64,000 nt of DNA, from assembly GCF_009834535.1 (NCBI RefSeq), contig NC_045696.1, forward strand, positions 21,392,001-21,456,000, in the 5' to 3' direction. This DNA comes from Camelus ferus (Eukaryota). The notes under the pieces are model-generated. The model had not been told where the DNA came from, did no database searches, and saw nothing but the letters and a program-made list of their open reading frames with translations. The translations under genes were made by a program, and so were the position numbers. This document shows positions 1 to 11,925 of this stretch, piece by piece (position 1 is the first letter of the stretch; every line of letters begins with the position of its first letter).

Positions 1-149
1 GTCTAAATATAATTCCCCTTGGGTGGCAGAGAGGTAAAATGTTTTTCCTTTGTTCCCATTGTATCCTATACTTTGCCTATTTCTGTGCTGATTACACCCG
101 ATTTTAATTTCATATTTGTTGGCAGTCCCACTTTACTCCAAGTACCACT

Positions 150-250
150 AGGATAGTGTCTTTGCCTTTTTTCTTCATTCTGCTATCCTCTGTGTGTAGC
201 ATAATGCTTGACCCAGAGTGGCTATTCTACAAACATTTCTTGAATAACTG
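150..250 (+). mobile_element. LINE-2 3' end fragment
   Basis: Degenerate match to the L2 3' terminus: ttcattctgctatcctctgtgtgtagcataatgcttgacccagagtgg...aaacatttcttgaataactg. Confidence 0.55.
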
Positions 251-964
251 CATAGTGATATATTTGCAATGAAAGTGTGAGATGAGAGAAGTTAATGGTG
301 AGGTAACAAGAAGAATATGAACCACCTTATATGTCAATGTATATATTTTCCTCTGTTTATCTTACAGACATTATATTTTATTTGATATTTATGCAATAAA
401 TCTGGCGCACTGATATATTTCTATTCTTATTGGTACTTACTTTTTCCCTGCTGTCAAGGATCCAGTAAGGTCAGTTCATTTAAAATTTAATTCATGAGGT
501 GTCTAATCTCCATATGTTCAGATATTCAGTGAAAAATGGTTTGTTTGTTTTACAGAGATGCCCTGATAGATGTGTCTTCTTTAAAAAAAAATCCAAAACC
601 ACAAATTTTTATTTTTAGTAGTGTCATAGAAGGTTAAAAAATGCAATTTTAAATATGAAGACATTTAGTATGTATTTTTTGCATCTAAATATAAATGCTC
701 TCTAGCAAATATATACATATTTTTATGCCTCAAAACCTTATGCAAAGAAATGACCTAGATTATCTGATGCTCAGACTCATTATAAAATAAAAATACTGAA
801 AAGGACTTTTTTGCTATGAATCCTAACTTGCTAGTTGAACTTTTAACTCTCTATGAGTAGGTCAGATGCTAATTAGTAGAATACATCAAAAATGATCCCT
901 TGACCTTTTAGTGAATTATGAGATGGGAATGAAAATTTGTCATCTAAATTGAAACTTATTGGAA

Positions 965-1035
965 GAGCATTTCATTCAACAAATATTTTCTGAGCATCTT
1001 CCTTATATAATGTATTAAGCTCAAGATTGAAAAAC
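965..1035 (-). mobile_element. LINE-2 3' end fragment
   Basis: atttcattcaacaaatattttctgagcatc resembles the reverse-complemented L2 tail (cattcaacaaatatttattgagcacc). Confidence 0.5.
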
Positions 1036-2067
1036 AGGTTTTGGGGAAGACCCAGTTATAGAGATAAGTATTCCTATACATGAAATATTGATCCTTTGTT
1101 CTGAAGCAACTGCACAGCTTGTATATGTCTCCTATTAGCACACATGCAACATTTAAAATAAAACACAAAAACACTGATACCTATGTGAACTTAAAACCGT
1201 CCACGTGCATTAACACTTTTATTCCACTATCATTCCATCCACATTTTCATCATACATAATTTTAACCAATGGCATCTTAATGGTCAGCTGAACAGTCTTA
1301 CAAACTCAGTCTAGAATATTTTCACTTGACGCAAAATCTAGCAAACAACTCCCTAATAGAGAGCACACTTGCGATGTTGCTTCACTTGACATACTGCATT
1401 CCATCTGGTTTCAAAGTAGGACTTGTGGAAAAATGCCAGTGCACATTGCTTCTGTCCAAGCAATTCAATGATTTCTTTCATCTTCAGCTAGTTTTGGTAA
1501 CTTGATATGGTCCCCATGGCAATGAGTTGTCCTTTTATTCCCCAAGTGATTCCAGTTAGAAAGGAAATCTATTTCTTCCCTATGACAGCATTAACAAATT
1601 AATAAAGGCAGTAAGTGTCTTGCCATCTGCACCTTATGTATGAAGGACATTAATCAGGGCAGAGCTCCCAGCTGGGGGCATCTTTAGTGTGTATCCACCT
1701 GGAACACAAACAATGCCATGGATCAGTGGAGTCTGTCAAAAAAACCAGGACAAGATAGAAGTGAGCTGGCCATCCTGTGTTAGGCTAGTCTGCGGGGATT
1801 CCTGTTCACCCTGGGTTGTCTTTGTATTCTACTAAATATCCATCCACAAAAAAATGACTTCTGTTTGAATAGGCAACAAGTGAATTTAAAAATTTTTCAA
1901 TTAACCATAAAATAAAATTAATAATAATGGAAATAAGGCAATTTAATCCCATGGGAAAGTATAGTATAACACAAAATGAATTTGTGAAAACTTATGGTTA
2001 GGATGTCAGTTTCAGGATACTGACTAGATATTCTGCAAACACTCCTGATGCAGACAGCCGATATTTC

Positions 2068-2625
2068 TCATATAAGCATTTAGTGCTATCAGCTTCCATC
2101 CAGGTACTGCTTTAGCTGCATCCCACACAATTTTTATGTTGTATTTTCATTTTTATTCAGGTCAATGTGTTTATTTCCCTTGAGTCATCCATCTCTGACT
2201 TAATAGATTTATTGAAAGTGTACTTTTCAGTTGCCAAGTGTTGGAGATTTTCCTATGACCACACTGATTTCTAGTTTGATACTATTATCAGAAAACACAT
2301 TGATGATTTCATTTCTTTTAAAATTGTTGAAGATAGATTTATTGCTCAGGATAGGAGTCTATCTTGATATATGCCCACAGGCACTTAAACAGAGTATCTA
2401 TTTGGTTGTTTTGGGGTAAAGTGTTTGATAAATGTTGATTATATCCTGTTTATTGATGTCTCTGTGGAGTTCTTCTATGCCCATCCTGATTTTTTGTCTC
2501 ATCCTCTCAGTTATTGAGAAAGTAATATTAAAGTCTCCAACTATAAGTATACATTTGACTATTTTTTCTTTTTAGTTGTATAAGCTTTTGCCTCACATAT
2601 TTTGGTTCTTCTATTTTTTTTTTTT
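2068..2625 (-). mobile_element. Old L1 (L1M) fragment, ORF2 endonuclease region, decayed
   Basis: Hallmark antisense L1 text: gcatttagtgctat...actgctttagctgcatcccaca, and ttattgagaaagtaatattaaagtctccaactataagt. No intact ORF. Confidence 0.85.
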
Positions 2626-2689
2626 ATGAGATTTGTATGTTTTCATTTGTTTCAATGACATTTGTGATTGTTCTTCACTTGAATCATTT

Positions 2690-3250
2690 ATTTACCACTG
2701 CTTTAAAAATACTTTCAGGTGGGTCTAACATCTCTTTCATATCTATGTTTTTCTTTCTCATTTGCGTTGAGACCTTCCTAGTTCTTGGTATGATGAATGA
2801 TTTTTTAATGACACGTAAACATTTTGAGCATTATATTATGAGATCCTGGAACTTATTCAAATATCCAACTTTAGCTGGACTCCTCTGATGCCTGTCTGGC
2901 AGGAGGAAGGCTAACATCACCTCTTGCTGGCAGTTGGGTGTGGAAGTCCAGGCATCTCGTATGGTCTTTACGGCCAATGCTGGGGTTAGAGGTTTCATCA
3001 TCACCTGGAAAGGGTTAAAGTCCTGGATTCCTATTAGACCTGGTTTGTCACCACCCCAGCCAGGTAGTTGGACATGCCTCTTTTCAGCCTAAGCATTTGC
3101 TAGTGCATTTGAAATGGGGACTGTTGCCTCCCTGACATCACACAGGGGTTGAATGGGTGTGAGTAATTTTTGTATAACAGTGTTCTGACTTGCTAGGCAG
3201 ATATTTTTTCAGTCCTTTGGTTAGAAAGAACAATTTTTTCTTAGAGTTCT
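2690..3250 (-). mobile_element. Old L1 (L1MC/L1MD-like) 5' region fragment
   Basis: ttcctagttcttggtatgatgaatgatttt...tattatgagatcctgg and repeated ggaagtccagg-type units, typical of antisense L1MC 5' ends. Contiguous with the preceding L1 fragment. Confidence 0.55.
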
Positions 3251-3252
3251 TC

Positions 3253-3590
3253 TACAGGAATCAAGGCCCCCATCCAGATGGAGGATGGTGACTTCAGGCT
3301 GAGCACAAGCATGTGGACCCAGACTGGTTGGAACCAAAAGGCTGACGACTGAGATTCCTGGAACACCAGCCTGTTACCTCTTCACCAACCAATCATAGGA
3401 GAGTTACACACCCTGCAACCCTTCCTCCAAATTTTGCCTATAAAAACTTTTCCCGGAAAACCATCCAGGAGTTTGAGCCTTTTCAGCACAAGTTGCCTGC
3501 TTGGTCCCACAATAAAACTTTCTCTGCTCTGATAACTCTTAACAGTTCGGTCAGTTTGGCCTCACTGTATGTAAGACAAACAGAGTTGTC
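3253..3590 (+). mobile_element. ERV (ERV1-like) solo LTR
   Basis: GC-richer block with LTR architecture in the right order: CCAAT 3389-3393, TATAAAA 3439-3445, AATAAA 3511-3516, then a U5-like gtttggcctcactg. Termini not resolved. Confidence 0.75.
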
Positions 3591-5159
3591 CAAAAACGTA
3601 TGTAGCTACTTCTATGTATTTTAAGGGAAACAAACTGTGAACGTTTAAAAATTTTCAAGTCCATATTAGTGATATGTTATGATACTTATTTTTTTATGAG
3701 AAGGAGCTTATTTGGATTATCAGCCATATTCTTTATCATCCAAGCATCTCCAGTTCCCTTAGGATATGGAACTAAAGTGAAAGCTTTCTATTTTTTCAGG
3801 GAAATGCCAAAGTTTTTATGATAAGGAGATTTTTCATTTATTTACTTTTCAACTTCAAAGCAAAGAAAGGGCAATTACAGGTCTATTGAACAGTGCATTT
3901 CACACAATTCTGAGACTGTTTGGTTTCAAGACATATAACTACCTCTGCACAAAGTATCCATGATTCCAAATCATGTATTCAATATGCCAAACCCATGTCC
4001 CTTTAAACTTATTTCTCTACAGAAATAAAAGTAATAACCAATATATCAGGGCATCATTATAGATTAATTTTTTATCAACTTAAGCCACTGGGTATTTTTT
4101 TCTCAGATAAATGCTATAAATAATTTTTAAATGGCTGAGCATCTTGTAAACTGAAACATATAAGGAATATAAATTTTATGGCAAATGGAAGTGATAAATT
4201 AGGTTAATTTGATTATGTCTGTGTTATAGTCATCATTTATATTAATAATAATGACTGCCAAAGTGGCAAGGAGAAAAAAAAGTCATCATTATTTTAACAG
4301 TAGATCAAAGATAGGTGGAACTTATAGAAAATCCGAGTTTTTGTTCCAGAAATACTCATGCAGTGCTGAGTTCTTTTCAGGGGTAGCATGGAGTAAAGAA
4401 GAGACATTTTTCTCTGAAGCATGTAGCTATAGTCATGTAGTACAGACTTTGAAAACTTTGGAAAAAAATTAATAGCAAAAGGAAGGATAATTTTTCAGGC
4501 AAAATTCATGGGAAAGAATTTTATTTTATATAATTTCATGTCATTATTAATTAAAAATATAAAGTTATTTTGTTTTAAATAAATTCCTTGTCATTTATTA
4601 ACACAGTTTCTACAATTTTTATTTACAATAGTGAAACTCTTTGACACTTCAGTGCTTTTACTTCAAAATTCTTTTAAAGTTATAATTCCTTTAAGACCAA
4701 TTTGAATTAGTGAAAGAAAGGGCATCTATTCATCTGATATCTAAACCCTGTAATTAATCGTTCTAATATTCTTGTTTACTCAAATATATTGTTATTTCTA
4801 AAAGTTACCAAATAATAAAATTGAAGACATTTAGAAGTTCACTAAATATCCTAAAATTTTCTCTGAAATATAGAAGGAATTTAGCAGCCATTGATTGAAA
4901 TAAATAGTCATAGATTTATTTCTATTAGCTGATAAACTCATCTGTTGCTCCAAGAAAAAAGATGGAGATTTTGAATAATTTGTCTGATAACCGTGTATGT
5001 GTATAAAAGAAGCATACATAAATTAGCTATTTTACTGAATAAAATCTGTGGATATTTGTTGTTTCTATCCATGTCTTTATTTTTGGTGGAGAGACTTGTT
5101 AAGTGTGGACACTCTCTAGGCTTCTAGTCTTGATCCTGTCACTTTTCTTTCCTGTTACA

Positions 5160-5840
5160 CAGTCTCCTTGGACCATGACTTCAGCTATCACTAATGTACT
5201 TACGGCTCTTGGTTCTTTAGTGCCTCCTGAGATTTCTCAAAGCTTGAAGCTTCCAGTCAGCTCCAAAACAATTCCACTTGGATTCATCAGTACATCAAAC
5301 TCAGGTGTTCAAATATGATAATCACATTGCAGATTCCTACTGACTTCTCACTATATTATCCTGTTCACATAATCTATTGCTGCCCCTACTGCCTTAGTTC
5401 AAGCCATCACTAGATGTTGAGCAAGACTACAGTGGGGAAGAGAAGGGGCTCTGAAACCACACCATTGGTTCAAGTCCTGGATCCACCACCTACTAGTCAC
5501 ATGACCTTGGGCAATTTACTTAACTTTTCCATGATTCAGTTTTCTCATTTGTAGCATACGGTAGTAGAGATAAATGTATTATCTAACTCATAGCATTTTT
5601 GTGAATATTAAAAATATACATCTGCAAAGTACTTAGAAGTGCCATATAGTATGTGTTAGCTGTCAGCTATTATTATTTCTTGTCTGGATGACTAAAATAA
5701 CCCCATATTCCTACCTGCTTATACTCTGCCATTTCAAGTCCATTTTTATGGAATATTACTAGAATGATTTCTTATAATGGAAATCTCATCATTTCACTCT
5801 TTTCTGCTTAAAATACTTCTGCAACTCCCATTTCTGATAA
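5160..5840 (+). mobile_element. LINE-2 fragment interrupted by a MIR
   Basis: L2-like ttccacttggattcatcagtacatcaaactc and gccttagttcaagccatcac, resuming after the MIR as tcttgtctggatgact...tctgcttaaaatacttctgcaactccca. Confidence 0.7.
5425..5678 (+). mobile_element. MIR SINE, near full length
   Basis: B-box ggttcaagtcc, core tgaccttgggcaatttacttaac...cagttttctcatttgta, tail agctattattatt. Confidence 0.9.
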
Positions 5841-5909
5841 AATTATTTGAGAAGACTATCATCCTCTTGGTGAACTGGTTCATAAATGTTTATTAGATTC
5901 AGCTCCCAC

Positions 5910-6190
5910 CAGTCCTTGGATATTCTGGGAAGCAGACTCTGAAGTAGAGATCAGTGTATAAGAGGTTCATTAGGTACCACTCTTGGGATCAACATCGCTT
6001 AGTCAAAGGACAGAAATGGGTTTGAGCAGAAAAAAGCTGAGCTGTGACACAGTCACAAATAAGGCCTCAGATGAATTTACAGGAAGCTCTGAAACAGAAA
6101 TTATCTTTGGAGTTTTCCATGACAAGGGAGACCAGAGAATGGTATTTATACCCTTGTGTCTGAACTATGATTGTAGGGCATGGCTTCTGT
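5910..6190 (-). mobile_element. ERVL LTR16-like LTR fragment
   Basis: tgggaagcagactctga...ctcttgggatcaaca...gagctgtgacacagtc...aaggcctcag matches the reverse LTR16 consensus. Confidence 0.75.
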
Positions 6191-6910
6191 TGCTGTCCCT
6201 AGATATTGTAATTATTAGTTCTTTTCATACAGTATTGTACTTTTTGCCCACTGATGCAAAGTTCCTTCTAGATAAACAATTTACTCAGGTATAATATAAA
6301 AGAGAGGACATTTTCCCCAACACCTCACTTTTAGAGGATGGACAAAAAGATATTCATCTTTGGGCAAGTTCTTGTACGTAACTTAGTAAAAACGTTCCTT
6401 CTTTTAGGTGGCCTGCATCTATCATTTATATACAAAATAACTGCAGATAAGACAGTAGGTAATTCAATGTTTTACTTTATGAATGTGGGGAATCAAGAGT
6501 CAGGATTCTTTATCTTTGTCGTAGATAATATGAATCATGCAAACATTTTCGTAGTATAGTACAAGATGTAAAAGGTAAAAGAAAAATCAGATTTTTTCCT
6601 CTCTCTTTATACCATATAAAGTATCATTTTTGAGTGAAAAGTTTAAGCTTTCCCACTGATACTTTCTAAAACCTATATGTCATAGATAAAGAAAGCAATA
6701 TTGTGAACAAGCAGCCGAAAAACCCCGCTTCCACTGGATGAGAATCACAAAAGATTCTGTTACATAAGGAAACAAAAAGAGAAACACATCAGTTACTAAC
6801 TCAGGATGGTATTCTGCCACACAAAGATTGCTTCCTTTCTTACTCAATATATCCACTGAGAAATAGAAGCAGCCACAAAATCTCGTGCTTTCAGAAGCCA
6901 TTCCTCTCAC

Positions 6911-6950
6911 AAAAAAAAAAAAAAAAAAAAAAGAGAGAGAGAGAGAGAGA
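6911..6950. repeat. Compound microsatellite A22(GA)9
   Basis: Read directly from the sequence. Confidence 0.95.
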
Positions 6951-7159
6951 TTAAAGCTGTTTACCCAAGTCCTGCTGAACATATATTTTGGGATTAACAT
7001 TACAATCCTCTTTATTTAAATAATACCTTTGTGAAATGTGAGATCACAAATAATTTCTCAGTTAATCATTTCAGTAGGCATTTATATAAATTTTAAGATT
7101 ACATACATTATGCTACAGCCAATTATAGATAATAGCATGTAATTTTACTAAAATCATGA

Positions 7160-7657
7160 TTGTGGTAAATTAGGTTGGTTTCCAGAAAAATTCACCACTC
7201 TTCTTTCATGGGCAGAGTGTATATCTCCTCTCCCTCTTCCTTGCTTGGGGATTGGCCCTATAACTTGCTTGGACATCAGATTGGGTTGGGTGTCCTTCTT
7301 GCCCTTTCAAGTTGGGCTTGGCCATATGATTCATTTTGGTCAACAGGACTTTAGCAGACATAATTCCTTAAAATACACTTTGAGTTTCACATTTGCACTT
7401 TTGTTCCTTTGTCATCACAATTAAAAAGAATATGCCTGGGTTAGCCTGTCTTGGGTTAGCCTGCTCTCCCAAGAAAAGGATGAGGGACACATGGAGTAGA
7501 ACCACATCCAAGAGAGAGAACCCCGTCTAGATTAACCTGCCCCTAAACCCTCTGCAGACTTATGAGTTAAACAAATGCTTGTTATATTCCACTGAGATTT
7601 TCTGTTATTATTATAATTATTATTTAGTATTTTTTGTGACAATAGTGAACCCATAGA
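7160..7657 (+). mobile_element. MaLR LTR (MLT1H/MLT1I-like)
   Basis: Starts tgtggta. Contains gttgggcttggccatatgattcattttggtcaac and gacacatggagtaga. Ends aaatgcttgtt...ccactgagatttt...caatagtgaacccata. Confidence 0.75.
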
Positions 7658-10059
7658 GTGATCTTAGGATTTTTAGACCAACCTTCATAATGTACGTTTC
7701 TACCACAATTAAAAAAAACTTTATTATCATTTAAAAGTTAGCCTCCCTGTATATGGAAAATACAAGCCTTTGACATGTATTACCATCAATGTTATATCAA
7801 TCTTTTTATAAAACTGCGATTTTACTCATATACGATTGACAATCACCTAGATGCCTCTGCTTTAAATAAGCTCAGATAACAAATGTATACATCTTATTAG
7901 ATAATGACTTATAATAAAAGTAGAGAGTGCTGGTTGCTGACCCACAAATTTATTTCCTACTAGAAATATTCTTTGCTATATTTTTTGTTTTCTGTTCCTT
8001 CCTATTCTCCACTGTTGTTTTCTTTACTTAGTGGTCCTTAAGTTTATCCAACATAATTACTTTAAAATTTTTAAAAATTGTAATGACCATATTATGGAAA
8101 TAGTGATTGAATATTCTGCAAATTGAAATTTTAAAAATAAACCACAAGCTAAAAAAAATTGAATAAGTGTATTAGGAATTCCGATAACAATAATATGAAG
8201 TTCTGGAGGAAATAAAAAATGCTTATCTACAGCTTTGAACCAACTCTATAGTTTCATCAATATGTGAATTTTTTTGTTTTTATTGATATATTCATCTTGC
8301 TTTTCCCTGAATTTAAGCTTAATTATGTAGCTTTGTACTAAAAATTATTTAAATAAATAATATCATTGTTTGATAAAACACATTCACGTAGTTCAGTGTT
8401 TAATTTCTACAAATATATGTTTTATAGTCATAAAACTAGTTTGCAGAATCTATCAGGTATTGGATATTTAAACCATTTGCATCAAGCAAAAATGGATCAA
8501 AATGCTATTCAAGAATATGCAAAATCCATTTTAAGATTAGCAATTTTAAAATCTGGGCATCAAAATATTGCTATATAAGTATGTCAAACCTCTTTAATCA
8601 TTCATGGCTTCTTAAGACTTCTAAAAAATGTTTAATTACAATATGATTATTTAGTTATGTGCAAGTATATATTAACAACATTAATATACATGTCCCAAAA
8701 ATTTTCTGAACATCAAAACTTGTTGATGATACTACAGTCTGTTTTTCTTTGGAAAATTAGTTACCCATGAAACCAAGTATTACATCTGTGTGAAAACCAT
8801 ACTGAAATATTGGAATCAGAATTACTTCAACCAGCATGAGAATTCAGATGCTTCTTTTTGATAGATTGAAATACAGAACAAACAGTGATAAGGTGTAATG
8901 TTCAAATCAAATAAAATATTCTTCACATTGATTCTGTATCTCCTTAGGGGAGATTAATAATGTTCTTGGTTGAAATTTTTCTTGTCTCATATCTTCTGGA
9001 TTTGATATAAGTCCATTTTATCATCAGCACAGCTGAGGAAATACCAGGAGTGGAAAAGAGTAAGAGGGAATAAAAAAAATATAAAATGTATTAGTTTGTG
9101 GCACCATGCATACTGAAGTAATTCTTCCTGATTCTCTTCACCAGTCAACAATTACTAGGCCGTTAACGAGGTGGAGGACAGATGTTTTTCCATTGACAGG
9201 TTCATGTGGGGCAGTTAATATGTCAATTTCCTGAGTAATTGTTTGCAGTTGAATATAGGATCCCATGAAAACATCATTTACTTGTCTAGACCCATAATTA
9301 AATAAGTGACACAAATTACAATTTGACTAGACAGTGAAGCTTTCGTAGGCCATTAAGTGTACCTTGTTGGATGTTAAAAGATGAGTATTACGTTAAGACA
9401 CTCAGGTTACATATTTAAGTGCGTTTTGATAGATAACAAACCTATGTATAATTCTTTGAGTTTCCAAATGAATCATTAAACATTGAACAAATCAAATTAA
9501 AATAATGAAGTCTTTTGCTCAAAGAGGAAAGTCTAGTAAATGTTTTTCAGAATCTTTTGTCAAAATTGGTCACACGAAATTGTATAGTATCCATGAATCA
9601 AAAGTTAGATTATGTCTTGACTACTTCAAATTACTGACTCTTTCCTGTATTTTCTTCTCCACAGCGGAAGAGAATGTTAACAATCAAGTAGAGTAAGCTC
9701 TCTCAAGCTCTACTGCCTTAAACTACGTGGAAATATCATTGAAACAGATAGCAATAAAACATTATAAAAATAATATATAAATATAATGCATGTACCAACT
9801 GGAGTATCCCTTGAGTTTCCAGAACTTAAAGTGCATGAGCATGCCATGCTCTATCTCACATCTTCATCTGGGCACTGCTGATCATTTTTTATGCAAAGGC
9901 TGACTGACACTTGTGTCATCAAGGCTTCCTGGACTTTTTCCTCTGATCAATCCTCAACCACAACTCCACATGGAAATGGGAATCCTTCATTTAAAAAAAT
10001 CATGAAATTTTTGATTGAACTTGTTGTTTTTTATCACAATTCTCAGCATTTTAGTTTAT

Positions 10060-10160
10060 TTTGCCTACTAGACTCAAAGCACCTTGCAGGCAGAGATCAA
10101 ATCTTCACAAAGCATATGCCCAGTGCTGACACATTAGCCAACAAATAATAAATACTCTGT
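10060..10160 (+). mobile_element. LINE-2 3' end fragment
   Basis: ctactagactcaaagcaccttgcaggcagaga...cccagtgctgacaca...aataaatactctg. Confidence 0.6.
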
Positions 10161-10519
10161 AAACTTTTGATATACTAATGGACCTCTTGACAATTAAGAA
10201 AAGCCATGGGCAATTAGGCATTAGAAATTCTTTGTATTGTAATTGAAGAAATGTTACTTATTTTCCCTGAAGATTATTTCAACTTCACTTTTATTGCTTC
10301 TTGTCTTACTTTTCACTTCACTACTTCTATCTTGTATTTAATTCAAAACAAACACAGACAAATAAAAAACCTCAATAAATTAAAACAACTAAAACACTTT
10401 CAAATGTAACACGTTAATTTTAAATAATGGACCATATACTGAATATAGACCACCAGAGTAACTAACTAACTAACATATGTAAGTATCTTGAAAGAGATGA
10501 AAGTATTTCTATACTGATC

Positions 10520-10960
10520 TTCAAGGTAGTGTGGTTAGAGGGAACGTGGTACACGGGTCAAGGCCAGAGAGGAGATTAGGGTATGATGCAGGTGTCCTGT
10601 AAGTTATTTTAGTATAAGGATTTGTGCTGTATCTTGAGAGTCATTGTTTGACTTTTGCAAAGAGGTGAGTGTTAAGATTTACAGTTTTGAAGTCATTTCA
10701 GTTGCAGTGCAGGACAGGAGCTAGGAGGAAGTCTTGAGACCAGCCAAAATGCATTTACTGCAATCCACAGAAAAGGCAATGAGGGACGGAATTAAGGGCA
10801 TGGAGGCGTAAATGAAGAGATGCCAAAGGTAAGAGCTACTTAGATTAAATAGAATGAAAATGGAGAACATTTCGATGTGGGAGGTGAGTAATTGGGAAAA
10901 CCTTAAGATTCTGTATTGAGTTACTGTAGGAATAGTTTTTCTCATAAAGATTAGTAAGAG
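10520..10960 (-). mobile_element. LINE-2 fragment
   Basis: Purine-rich antisense L2 pattern: aggccagagagg...taaggatttgtgctgtatcttgagag...agatttacagttttga...gcaatccacagaaaaggcaatgaggg. Confidence 0.65.
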
Positions 10961-11769
10961 AAGCAGATTTTATGACATTTTTATGATCTCAGTGTTATTT
11001 ATATTTAAATTACAGGAATTTGGGGGTGGGGTGGGGCATGACCTAACTGAAGAAAAGATGAAAAGAGCAAATTTGACCAGGGGCAAGCCAGATGCTTAAG
11101 TATAATGCCTAGAAATAAAAGCTAATCACTAAAAATTAGCCATTTATAATGTGTAGACAACTTACGCTCCTCTCTACAGATTAAAATAAACCAATTAGAG
11201 CAATTTTTCATCTATTCTTTATGAATTGAAAGGGCCTTTGTTCTGATTTTTCAAAAGATAATACAGTCTAGCCTTTGGAGCTGTCTAAAATATAGTTGAG
11301 GGTTATTTTTAGTCAACACATTAGACACACTGCTGTAGTTTGCATTTCTCATCAAAGAAAATGAATAGGCAGTAAATACAAAGTACAAAAACTGCCATGA
11401 AAAAGAAGATTAATAAGGAAGGATTGTCATTTACTTTGAAATTCCATGGCTCATTTTAAATGGCCCTGAAGAATATTATTATCTTCATAGTACTTGGATT
11501 AGAGAAGAAAGTACACATTCTTAAGGCTATCCTTTTAGTTGGCCATAGATGTTCTTTGTATTCTAATTTATACTTATTAAAAATAAATAAATGGAAACTA
11601 TACTAAGCCCTTGCAACAAATTCTGATTCTAAACTTCTATGTTATGTCTTAAAATTATTATTAGGAATATCTACTTATGATAAAATTAAGATATTATTAT
11701 CTTAAATTCTTCAAAATGAGACATTTTAAAATGAAAATCTCATTTTAAAATATTTTATTACTAAATATC

Positions 11770-11842
11770 TTTTTTTAGCTTTATTTTGGTATAGTTGATA
11801 TAGAAAAATTAAACATATTTAATATGTTTATATCTTGGTGTG

Positions 11843-11877
<35 letters not shown>

Positions 11878-11925
11878 TATATATATATCTTGATGTGTTT
11901 GGACATATGCATCCACCTAACACCA
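11770..11925 (-). mobile_element. L1 3' end fragment containing a (CA)13 microsatellite
   Basis: ttttagctttattttggtatagttgatata...aacatatttaa...ttgatgtgtttggacatatgcat. (CA)13 at 11851-11876. Confidence 0.7.

Noticed and set aside
435..600. Minus-strand exon (tttttaaAG acceptor near 579, AAA|GTAAGT donor near 440)
   Set aside because: Stops in all three frames and an AT-rich body. Indistinguishable from a pseudo-exon without expression data.
6690..6950. Processed pseudogene ending in the A22 tract
   Set aside because: No upstream AATAAA, TSD or recognisable coding similarity. The A run grades into a GA microsatellite.
11015..11037. G-quadruplex
   Set aside because: Only three runs of three or more G, so not a canonical motif.
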